DNA of 64,000 nt, from assembly GCA_038245295.1 (NCBI GenBank), contig JBBRSP010000004.1, positions 192,001 to 256,000 of the forward strand, read 5' to 3'. Source of the stretch: Candidatus Binatia bacterium. Lineage in GTDB: Bacteria; Desulfobacterota; Binatia; HRBIN30. This document shows, one piece after another, positions 46,092-54,840 of this stretch; positions within the stretch are counted from its first letter, which is position 1, and each line of letters begins with the position of its first letter. The notes beneath the pieces were generated by a model, which did not search any database, was not told the origin of the DNA, and saw only the letters and a list, made by a program, of their open reading frames with translations. A program made the position numbers and the translations under genes.

Positions 46092-47350
46092 GGTTTCCCA
46101 GCCGCGGACGGGGTTGGGCGTGGGGCATCTGGCGTAGCGGCTGATCCCACGGAACCCGCCGGCGTCGGCGCTCCGACTTCAACCCGCAAGGGTTTCACCA
46201 CACCACCCGGATGGGCGCGCTGTAAGCCGTTGACGACGATCGTGTCGCTGGTCGTGATGCCGCTCCGCACGATGCGCAGGCCGTCGCCGGCCGCGACACC
46301 GGTCTCGACGCGACGCAGTTGCACGACGTTCTTGTCGTCCACCACCAGCAGGTAACGTCCGCCCTGGTCAGCCCCGAGCGCCACATCCGGAACCAGCACT
46401 TCCTTACCGCGCGTAAACGGCAAGCGGATGCGCGCGAACAGGCCGGGAATCAACACAGCATCGGTGTTGGGAAAGACGGCGCGGATCTCGATCGTGCCGG
46501 TGCTCGAGTCGACGCGGTTGCTCGAGTAGTCGACCTTGCCGACATGTGGGAAGCCGTCTTCGGTTGCCAGCCCCATGTAGGCGATGCTCTGCTCGCCATC
46601 GCTCGCGGCGGTGCGACGCAGACTTTGCAGCTCACGATACTGCATGACCTCGCGCTCGCTCGCGGTAAAATAGACGTAGATCGGGTCGGCGCGCACCATC
46701 GTCGCCAGGATCGTTGGCTGGCCGACGCCGACCAGGTTGCCAACATCGACCTGATTGCGATCGATGCGGCCGTCAAACGGCGCGTAGAGACTGGTGTAGG
46801 AGAGATTGAGCTTGGCTTGATTGAGATTGGCTTTGGCGATCTCGACGGCGCTCTTGGCCTGATCGCTTTGCTGCTGCTTTTGAATCAGGTCGGTGCGGCT
46901 GCCGGCGGAGCGCGCGAACATCGCCTGGGTCATCGACAATTGTTCGACCGACGAACGGCCCTGCGCCTCTTTGCCGGCGAGATCGGCTTCGGCCTGCGCC
47001 ACCTGCGTTGCATAGAGATCCGGCTCGATGACGAAGAGAAGCTGCCCCTTGGTGACAAAACCGCCGGGCGTGAAGTTCACACTCTTGAGGTAGCCTTGGA
47101 CGCGGGCGCGAATGTCCAGGGTCTCGACCGCGGCGGTGGTTCCCGTGAATTCAGAATACGTCGTCACTTCGCGTTCGATCGGTTGACTGACGCTGACTTC
47201 CGGTGCCGGCGGCGGCGCATAGGCATTTTCGTGACCACAGGCAGAGACGAGGAGAGCCGCCAGCAGCAACGGCGATAGACAGGCCGGCATCGCAGCGCGC
47301 CACTGCGTGGCGTCGCCTGATGGCGAAAGGAGTGAACCGGGTCGCTTCAT
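46088..47350 (-). CDS. RND periplasmic adaptor lipoprotein (AcrA/MexE-like)
   Basis: VSAC lipobox, IRARVQG, APFDGRI, VDSSTGT, LIPGLFAR, NGLQRA. ATG 47350 has a GGAGG RBS. Confidence 0.92.
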   Translation of the reverse strand: MKRPGSLLSPSGDATQWRAAMPACLSPLLLAALLVSACGHENAYAPPPAPEVSVSQPIEREVTTYSEFTGTTAAVETLDIRARVQGYLKSVNFTPGGFVTKGQLLFVIEPDLYATQVAQAEADLAGKEAQGRSSVEQLSMTQAMFARSAGSRTDLIQKQQQSDQAKSAVEIAKANLNQAKLNLSYTSLYAPFDGRIDRNQVDVGNLVGVGQPTILATMVRADPIYVYFTASEREVMQYRELQSLRRTAASDGEQSIAYMGLATEDGFPHVGKVDYSSNRVDSSTGTIEIRAVFPNTDAVLIPGLFARIRLPFTRGKEVLVPDVALGADQGGRYLLVVDDKNVVQLRRVETGVAAGDGLRIVRSGITTSDTIVVNGLQRAHPGGVVKPLRVEVGAPTPAGSVGSAATPDAPRPTPSAAGKP

Positions 47351-47364
47351 TCTTGCCTCCGGGC

Positions 47365-49023
47365 CTACCACTGCGGCCACCAGTGTCGCCATGACCATCC
47401 CGACTGCGCCGCATCGCTGACGTTTGCGGCCCGCGCTTCCGGATCAAGCTCCGAGCCCCAATAGCCGCGCCGCTGAATCTCGGCGCGTGTTTCCTCACCG
47501 ACGAAGTCGTTGCCGTCGCGCAGCTCCCAACCGCCGTCGACCGCTTTGTAGAGGGCGATGACACTGAGCACGACGGCGCCGCGCGTCGACACCAGCGCAT
47601 CGTCTTCGCGTAGCTTGGCCTGCTGCGAGTTGAGCACCGAGGTGTAGTCGGTACCACCTTCGCGGTAACGCACGAGCGACAGATCGACGGCACGGTTGGC
47701 GGCCGCCAGGCTCTTGGCCAGATACTCGACACGCTCGCGACCGCGCAGAAATCCGGCGAGGGCGTCTTCGACCTCTTGTTCGGCCCGCAGTACCGTCTCG
47801 GCGTAGTTGACGATCTGTTCCTGAAAGGCCGCATCCTGCAGCCGAACGTTGTTGTGGATGCGGCCATAGTTGAGCACTGGCCAGACGAACTGCGGGCCGC
47901 CGAGGGCGGCGAAGGACCGGCCCTCGAAAAGATCGGCGGCGTTCTCGGCGCTGACGGCGATGTTGCCGCGCAGTTGAATCGACGGGTACCACTCCGCCGC
48001 CGCGACACCGATACGAGCACTCTGCGCCGCGGCCGACTGTTCGGCGCGGCGGACATCGGGCCGGCGTCGCAACAGGTCGGCTGGAATTCCCACCGTGACG
48101 CTGACGGGCGGCTGCGGGACATGCCCGGCATCACCCAGCAACTCGCTCAACGTGCTTGGGGCGAGGCCCAGAAGCACGCAAAGTGAATGGATCGTTTGAC
48201 GGCGCTGCAGCTCGAGCTGGGGGATCGACGCCTCGGTATCGTGCAACAACGTGGCGGCCTGCTGCACGTCGAGCTCGGAGGTGCCACCAACCTCGAACCG
48301 GATGCGCGCCAGCTCGAAGCCGTCGAGTTGGGCGCGGACATTGTCGCTGGCCACCGCCAGGCGCTCGTCGAGCACGCGGATCTGCACGTAGGCCGACGCC
48401 ACTTCCGAGATCAGTCCAACCAGAACGTCGTCATAGGCGGCCACCGACCCGAGCAGCTCGGCATCGGACGCTTCGATGGCGCGGCGGAACTTGCCCCAGA
48501 AATCGAGCTCCCAACTGGCATCGAACCCGGCGCGCCATTCACTGAATCCCGGACTTTTTACCGGTACGACGGTGTTCTGGCTCAAGTGACTGCGTGTGTA
48601 CGCCCCGTTCAGCCTCTGCTCCTGCGGGAAGAGGCTGCCGATGGCGATGCCACGACGTGCTTGCGCTTCGAGAACCCGCAGGCCGGCGGCGCGAAGGCTG
48701 AGATTCTGCGCGTAGGCCATCTGCACCAGGCGATTGAGCGCTGGATCGCCGAGGATCTCCCACCACCGCGCTCCGAGCGCCGGTTGATCCATCTGGACGT
48801 TCGGGTCGTTGCCCTCGATCCACGTCGGTGCCGTCGGCGCCGGCGGCAACGAAAAGTTCGGGCCAGCCATACACCCGGCGGTACAAAGCAGGAGCAACGG
48901 CAAGCAGAAGCGGCGACCGCCGAGTCTCGGCATGGGCGTCATCACTAACATCAGTCGCAAAAGATGGAACGGGGCTTTGGGGACAATTGTGGAAATCTGA
49001 CTAAGGGGTGGGCGGTCAGCCAT
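47365..49023 (-). CDS. NodT/OprM-family outer membrane efflux lipoprotein
   Basis: TAGC-MAGPNF lipobox, WWEILGDP.L, SWELDFWG, PADLLRRRPDV, LYKA..GGW. True start may be downstream of 49023. Confidence 0.92.
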   Translation of the reverse strand: MADRPPLSQISTIVPKAPFHLLRLMLVMTPMPRLGGRRFCLPLLLLCTAGCMAGPNFSLPPAPTAPTWIEGNDPNVQMDQPALGARWWEILGDPALNRLVQMAYAQNLSLRAAGLRVLEAQARRGIAIGSLFPQEQRLNGAYTRSHLSQNTVVPVKSPGFSEWRAGFDASWELDFWGKFRRAIEASDAELLGSVAAYDDVLVGLISEVASAYVQIRVLDERLAVASDNVRAQLDGFELARIRFEVGGTSELDVQQAATLLHDTEASIPQLELQRRQTIHSLCVLLGLAPSTLSELLGDAGHVPQPPVSVTVGIPADLLRRRPDVRRAEQSAAAQSARIGVAAAEWYPSIQLRGNIAVSAENAADLFEGRSFAALGGPQFVWPVLNYGRIHNNVRLQDAAFQEQIVNYAETVLRAEQEVEDALAGFLRGRERVEYLAKSLAAANRAVDLSLVRYREGGTDYTSVLNSQQAKLREDDALVSTRGAVVLSVIALYKAVDGGWELRDGNDFVGEETRAEIQRRGYWGSELDPEARAANVSDAAQSGWSWRHWWPQW

Positions 49024-49094
49024 GGGCGATTACAACAATGGCACCGCGCAATCGCCCAACTGCTCAACCGCCCGGCGGACGGGCCGGCAGTCCG

Positions 49095-52000
49095 TCACAG
49101 GTGCCAGCGCCAGGCCGGTTGATCACCAAGGCGATACGAGCAGAATATCCCCGTCTTGATCGTCGCTTCCAGGTGCTTGCCGACGGCGGGGTCTTGCGCG
49201 GCGATGCGCTTGAGAACGGCTTTGATGGCGCGGGTGACGTTGAGCCGGGCGCGCTCGGCCGGCGATCCGGAGTTGCGATGCCGACCGTGCAGGCCGAAGG
49301 CGCGCGACAGCTCACGCGTCAGGAAGCTCATCTCGTCTTGTAGCTTGCCAATGCGCCCGAGGTCGTGGAACTCCTCCGCTTCGCCCAATTCGTCGCGTAG
49401 CTCGCGCAGACGAGCCGCGTAGGCGCCGCGTGCCTGCGCGTCGAGGGCCGGCCCGGACGCAACTGACGTCGAGCCCAGAGGCGATGAGTCTGGGTGTTCG
49501 AGCTCCAGCGCATGCGACTCGCGCCCCGGCTCGCTCAGGAGAACGCCAATATACTCGAGGCCCTTGGTGTGGCGCAGTCGGACGGGCCGCGCCAGCGCAC
49601 CGATCTCCCAGAAATCGCCGTCGCGGCGGAACGCGTATCCGCCTCCCTCAAGCGCGCTGTCGTGGGGATCCGAAACGGTACCGCAGCTGCGCAGGCGCTG
49701 TATCAGCCTCGACATCGCCAGTCGCTCGGCCGCTGCCGCGGCGAGTGCCACAAGCTCGGCACCGCGCTGGCGGTCAGGCGCTGAGTGTTGTCGCGCCAAC
49801 CAGTCACCGTAATCGAATTGTGTCCATGCCAACCACCCCGCGGCTCCCATGCGACTGTTGGCAGCTAAAGCCTCATCGAAGTGGGTTCGCGCCGCCGCGG
49901 CATCCCCTTGTGCCGCGGCCAGTAGCGCCAGGTAACGCGCCCCGGCGCCAAAGGTGACGGCAGCGCCGGCAGCAACGTTCAGGTGCGCCCACGGTCGCAG
50001 AAGCTGCTGCAGCGCCTCGATGTCGGCCGGGCGTCCGACATGCGCCGCAAGCTCGGCCAGGAAGGGCAAGATGCCGACGCGGTGTTGGCGCCGCAGATCC
50101 TCGAAGCCCGAGCGTGCCAGCTCGGCGAAGTGTTCGGCGGCTTCGTCGACACGCCCCGTATCGTGCAACAGCACCGCGAGAAAGCAGCGCGGCGTCGGCG
50201 TCGGCGCGCCGGATTGCAGCGCCAGACGAATCAGAGGTTCGAGATCGGCCAACTCGTCGCGCTCGCGCAGCAATACGAAGCGCTGCATGTAGGCCGCGCC
50301 GTCGGCGTTGGGATCACCGCTCTCCTGGACGAGCTGCATGGCCTCGGCGAGAGTTGCGTCGGCTTCCTTCCAGGCGCCGCGCAAGAGGGCACGCGCCACT
50401 TTGAAGTTCTTTGTCAGCCACAAGAACCGCGGCTGCCGCAAGCGTTCGCTTTGCGCCACCAGGTCGGTGAAGTAGCGATCGAAGCTGGCGACATCACCGA
50501 CGATGAGCCAGTCGACAAGCTGCCAACCGCGTCCCTCGACGGCGAGCTCCGGGCGTTGCAAGCTGCGGCCCAGCTCGACGAGCTCGCTGGCGACGTCGAG
50601 GCGACCCTCGAGCTCTTGCCGGGACCAGAGGACGTAATGGCGGAAGCTCAGCGTGTGCGCCAGCACGAGACGATCCCCGACACGCCGAGCCATTGCCACA
50701 GCCGCGGCACTCAACGGGATGGCGCGCACACCATCGTTATCGCTTGCCCACTGCATCGCCAGCGAGGCCATTAACTGCGCACGCAAACCCGAATCGCCGG
50801 GGCCAATCGCCGCAATCGCTTCGTCGAGCATGCCGCGCACGAGCGGATCACCGAGCGGCGGCGGCATCCCAAGGCCTTGATCCGCCACGCCCAACACGGC
50901 CCGCGCCAGCAACTCGTTGGCGACGTTGATGTGGTCCGCATCAAGACGTTGAGCAATCTGCCACGCCTGCAGATAGGTTTCGCGGGCGGTGCTCGATCCA
51001 CCGCGACGTTGTGCCGCGCCTAGAGCAAGGAGAATCTCGCAACGCCGTTGCGGATCGCCGATTTTGGCGAGGTGAAACACCTCGAGCGCGCGCTCGTAGT
51101 GGGTGGCCGCCTCTTCATACGCCAAATGCTCATCGGCCTCCTGCGCCGCCAACAGCGCATACTCCAGGGGCTTCTTGGCGTCGCCGGCATCGAGAGCCTC
51201 GAGGTAGTGATACGCGATCGACGAGAGGTTCACCGGCACACCACGGCGATGCTGCGACTCGAGGATGGGGGCAAGGCAGCGATGCCAACGCACACGAGCC
51301 GACGGCAGCAGATCGTCGTAGACGACGTCGCGGATCAACATGTGGCGAAATAGGAACATCGTGCGCGCCGACGCCAAGGTCGTGACCAGCATGGCGCGGT
51401 CGGCTTCGTGGACTAGATCCAGACACGCGCCGCGTTCGAGCTGCATGGCCTGACGCACTGTCTCGAGATCGAATTCGCGACCACACACCGCGGCGACGGC
51501 GAGAAGCTCGCGGCAGGCCGGACTGAGGATCTGCAGGCGTTGCCGCACCATGTCGCGCACCGTCGGCGGCACATCCGCGTCAAGGATGGCGGCGTGACCG
51601 GCAGGCGTCGCGTGCGCCGACTCGTTGGCCATCATGCGAGCGATCTCGGTTACGAAGAACGGATTACCACCGGTGCGTTCGAAGACCCTTTGGATGCGTT
51701 CGGCTTCGGTATCGTGTGCCATCTGACGCACGAGGCTGGTCACGGCCTCCAGGGCAAGCCCCACAATCGGCAACGTTTGACCCTGACGGGCAATGCGGTG
51801 CAGCAGGGCTCCACGTTCGGTTGATTGCTGGGCCTCGACCGGCCGCAGCGTGCCGATGAGAAGGATGCGGTGCGAGCGGATATGGCGCGATACGAGATCG
51901 AGCAGATGCAACGACGGCAGATCGGCGGCATGTAAGTCGTCAAGCGCCAACAGCAGCGGCTGCTGCGCGGCGCGCCGCAGCAGCAGAGTCACGACCGCGT

Positions 52001-52406
52001 CGAACAACGCGAAGCGTGAGTCCTCGGTGTGCAATACATCGCGTGACGAAGCGTCGGCCGGGGCCAGGAGGAGCTCGAGCAGTGGCGACAGCCCGGCGCG
52101 GATATCGCTGCTGGCCGTATCCAGCAGGCGGCGCAGAACCTGACGCCACGGAGCAAATGCCGGCGCACCGATGTCATCGCCGCTCTGGCCCCAGGCCGTG
52201 CAAGCGCCGGAGGCGTCGGCGTGCGCCACAACCTCGGAGGCCAGCCGCGTCTTGCCGATTCCCGGCTCACCGCTGAGCAGCACGAGTGTCCCGCGCCCCG
52301 CCGCCGTCTCCGCCCAGGCACCATGCAACGCCGCCACCTCGCGCTGACGCCCTACAAGAGGTGAGGCGACGCTCGACACGCCGGTGGATTGTGGACTCGA
52401 CTCCAT
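49095..52406 (-). CDS. Large AAA (STAND-like) ATPase / TPR transcriptional regulator
   Basis: LVGRQRE, GEPGIGKT Walker A, LALDDLH Walker B, TGGNPFF, FRHMLIRD, TPR-like helices, and a C-terminal ERAR.NVTRAI domain. Confidence 0.8.
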   Translation of the reverse strand: MESSPQSTGVSSVASPLVGRQREVAALHGAWAETAAGRGTLVLLSGEPGIGKTRLASEVVAHADASGACTAWGQSGDDIGAPAFAPWRQVLRRLLDTASSDIRAGLSPLLELLLAPADASSRDVLHTEDSRFALFDAVVTLLLRRAAQQPLLLALDDLHAADLPSLHLLDLVSRHIRSHRILLIGTLRPVEAQQSTERGALLHRIARQGQTLPIVGLALEAVTSLVRQMAHDTEAERIQRVFERTGGNPFFVTEIARMMANESAHATPAGHAAILDADVPPTVRDMVRQRLQILSPACRELLAVAAVCGREFDLETVRQAMQLERGACLDLVHEADRAMLVTTLASARTMFLFRHMLIRDVVYDDLLPSARVRWHRCLAPILESQHRRGVPVNLSSIAYHYLEALDAGDAKKPLEYALLAAQEADEHLAYEEAATHYERALEVFHLAKIGDPQRRCEILLALGAAQRRGGSSTARETYLQAWQIAQRLDADHINVANELLARAVLGVADQGLGMPPPLGDPLVRGMLDEAIAAIGPGDSGLRAQLMASLAMQWASDNDGVRAIPLSAAAVAMARRVGDRLVLAHTLSFRHYVLWSRQELEGRLDVASELVELGRSLQRPELAVEGRGWQLVDWLIVGDVASFDRYFTDLVAQSERLRQPRFLWLTKNFKVARALLRGAWKEADATLAEAMQLVQESGDPNADGAAYMQRFVLLRERDELADLEPLIRLALQSGAPTPTPRCFLAVLLHDTGRVDEAAEHFAELARSGFEDLRRQHRVGILPFLAELAAHVGRPADIEALQQLLRPWAHLNVAAGAAVTFGAGARYLALLAAAQGDAAAARTHFDEALAANSRMGAAGWLAWTQFDYGDWLARQHSAPDRQRGAELVALAAAAAERLAMSRLIQRLRSCGTVSDPHDSALEGGGYAFRRDGDFWEIGALARPVRLRHTKGLEYIGVLLSEPGRESHALELEHPDSSPLGSTSVASGPALDAQARGAYAARLRELRDELGEAEEFHDLGRIGKLQDEMSFLTRELSRAFGLHGRHRNSGSPAERARLNVTRAIKAVLKRIAAQDPAVGKHLEATIKTGIFCSYRLGDQPAWRWHL

Positions 52407-52449
52407 GATCGCGGCGCGACGGTAGTCAGAGGGGCGGATGATGTCTACA

Positions 52450-52550
52450 CCCGCGCCCGTGCCCCCGCCCCCGCCCGTGCCCGCGTTCGCCTGCTCAGCG
52501 GAAAACGTCGATCACCAGAACCAAACGCGGGCGCAGGCGGGGGCGCGGGT
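52450..52550. repeat. Mutually inverted hexamer tandem arrays (CCSYGC x6 and GSRGGC x4)
   Basis: CCGCGC CCGTGC CCCCGC CCCCGC CCGTGC CCGCGT (52451-52486) and AACGCGGGCGCAGGCGGGGGCGCGGGT (52524-52550). Confidence 0.75.
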
Positions 52551-53833
52551 TAAGCGCTACGCAGGACCAGCACCGCGATCTCCGGCGGAATGCCGAGGCG
52601 CATCGGATAGCCGTAGAAGCCGACGCAGCGGGTTACGAACAGTCGCATCGCATCGCGATCAAAGACGCCCTGGTCGGGAATTCCGAGGAGACCGACCACT
52701 GTGAGAGCGTGGTCGGGACCGAGTTGGATGCCGACGTGGCCGCCGTGGGTGTGGCCGGAGCACACGAGGTCGGCGCAGTTCTCGGGCAGGGAACTGAAGG
52801 TGCTGGGGTCGTGATTGAGCAGCAGGCGTGGGGCGCGGGGTTTCTGCCAGTCCCGCATGAGGTTGGCATAGAGATCGGCGCGGCCGACCGGCGACCACTG
52901 GAAGTCGATGCCGGCGAGCTCGAGCGGTTCGCCCTGCACGTCGAGCATTGTCGTGCGATTGCGCAGCGTCGTCACACCGGCGGCGGCTAGGCGCTGCACC
53001 AGGCGCTCCGGATCCTCGAAATCGTGATTGCCCAGACTCGCCCACTGCCCGAGCGGCGCTTTGATCTGCTGCAACGCCGAGTACAGCGGCGCATCGAAGT
53101 CGCCGCTGCGGTGAGTCAGGAAGTCGCCGGTGTGCAACACGAGGTCCGGATGCGCCGCATTGGTGAGCTCGGCGACACGTGTCAGGCGTTCGCGATTCAT
53201 CGCACCGCCGACATGAATGTCGGACAGGTGAACGACCCGCAGCCCATCGAGCTGGCGCGGCCAGTTCTTCAGAACCACCTCGCGTTCCTCGACACGAAAG
53301 TCATACGACAACGGCACACCCGACAGTGAGATGGCAAACGGCGCGGCAACACCGACAATACCCATCTGTTGCAAGACCAGACGACGTTGCGGGTCGTGAG
53401 GTGACGCGGCGGGCGCCAAGCGCCGCAGGCGGCGCAACGGCGTGACAAGGCCGAGACCGAGCAGGAACAGGGCATGGCTGCTGAACCACACGGCGCCAAT
53501 CCAGCCAATCACGGCGGCATGTAGGAATGATGGCAACTCGCTCGAACGCGCCGTGAGCAACTGCGCCATCATGATCGCATCGCAGGAAGCGCCAACCACA
53601 GCGAAGATGGCGAGCGACCAGAAGACCAGACGGTTCTGCGGCAAGCGTTTATGAAGCGAGCGATGGGTGCGCCAGCGGGCGTAGGAGAACGGCATCAGCG
53701 CCAAGGGAATGAACAGTAGGATGAACCACATGTGGCGGGCGCTCTGGGCGGCCAGGCCGACGGCGACGGCAAGAACTGTAAGGTTGAGTCCGTACAGCCA
53801 GCGCCGCAGCCAGACTTCCACCGTGCGAGGCAT
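52550..53833 (-). CDS. Membrane-anchored metallophosphoesterase (YkuE/YaeI-like)
   Basis: N-terminal TMs, HLSDIH, TGDF, LGNHD, LNHDP, SGHTHGG. Confidence 0.92.
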   Translation of the reverse strand: MPRTVEVWLRRWLYGLNLTVLAVAVGLAAQSARHMWFILLFIPLALMPFSYARWRTHRSLHKRLPQNRLVFWSLAIFAVVGASCDAIMMAQLLTARSSELPSFLHAAVIGWIGAVWFSSHALFLLGLGLVTPLRRLRRLAPAASPHDPQRRLVLQQMGIVGVAAPFAISLSGVPLSYDFRVEEREVVLKNWPRQLDGLRVVHLSDIHVGGAMNRERLTRVAELTNAAHPDLVLHTGDFLTHRSGDFDAPLYSALQQIKAPLGQWASLGNHDFEDPERLVQRLAAAGVTTLRNRTTMLDVQGEPLELAGIDFQWSPVGRADLYANLMRDWQKPRAPRLLLNHDPSTFSSLPENCADLVCSGHTHGGHVGIQLGPDHALTVVGLLGIPDQGVFDRDAMRLFVTRCVGFYGYPMRLGIPPEIAVLVLRSA

Positions 53834-54041
53834 GCCTTAACGACTAGCAGGTGGAAGCGGTGACACCAGAGTAACACTGCATTATCGGTCGCCGTCCGGC
53901 TTTTGCCACGCAACCCCGCCGCTACGACGCGCCAGGAAGCCCTACAATCGACGATCACGACCCGACCTAGGGGTACCTAGCCACCAGAACTCAACGTTTT
54001 TCGGCGTTTTGAGCAGACGACCCTTGAAAACAAAGAGGTTT

Positions 54042-54704
54042 TTAAGCGATCGGCCTTCCGAGAAGCCGAATCGCTACCTCTAACCCCAGTCGTGGGCTGC
54101 TGAACACCGGGATACCGAGGTCGGCGCAAGACTCGGCGACGGCGGCCATCGAACCCTGCGCCAGGACGATCACGTCTGCACCCATCGCACGGGCACGCAC
54201 GTGGGACTCGACGACGGCGAGGTAGCCAGAAAGATCGCCACGCTCGAACAATTTCCAGGCGCCGTCGCACACAGCCTCGGAGAATTCCGGCGCGACGTCG
54301 GCGGCGCGAGCGACAGATTCGAGCAGTTGGCGCGTTGGCTGCAGCGTGCTCGCCAGAGCCGCCACGACGAGGATGCGCCCTCCGAGCGCCACCGCGGCTT
54401 CAGCCATCGGACGATCCACACGCAACACAAGACAGCCGGCCGATTGAGCCGCGGCTTCGGCCAGACCACCGATCGTCGAACAGGTGCAGAGCACAACCTT
54501 CGCGCCGTGGCGTCGGGCTGCGACCAGCACCGCTTGCACCTGCTCCGCCAAAGCCGCCGTCAGGCCACGTGCACGGGCGATCGCCAGCAGATTCGGCTCG
54601 ACGACATGGTGCAGCTCGAGACCCGGAGCGATCTCGGCGCCGAGACGGTTGAATGTATCGATGTGCACCTCGGCGGTATGGAGCAACGTCAGGCCGGACG
54701 ACAT
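54042..54704 (-). CDS. Asp/Glu/hydantoin racemase-fold protein
   Basis: LCTCSTIG, LRVDRPMAE.A, DVIVLAQGSM, PVFSSP. Confidence 0.75.
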   Translation of the reverse strand: MSSGLTLLHTAEVHIDTFNRLGAEIAPGLELHHVVEPNLLAIARARGLTAALAEQVQAVLVAARRHGAKVVLCTCSTIGGLAEAAAQSAGCLVLRVDRPMAEAAVALGGRILVVAALASTLQPTRQLLESVARAADVAPEFSEAVCDGAWKLFERGDLSGYLAVVESHVRARAMGADVIVLAQGSMAAVAESCADLGIPVFSSPRLGLEVAIRLLGRPIA

Positions 54705-54840
54705 GGAGCACCGTCATAGCAACGGGAGCCGCAGACCGACATGAGACGCTACGGCGTCCACTTTTCGTTGACACAACCCCTTGGATCGGGGCACAAGCGT
54801 CGAGGCGCCCCCAAATCGTTCGTCTCATAGGAGCATCAAC

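Noticed and set aside
49095..52406. Avs-type antiphage STAND system
   Set aside because: No nuclease, TIR, SIR2 or protease effector domain and no defence-island context; the architecture fits a regulator.
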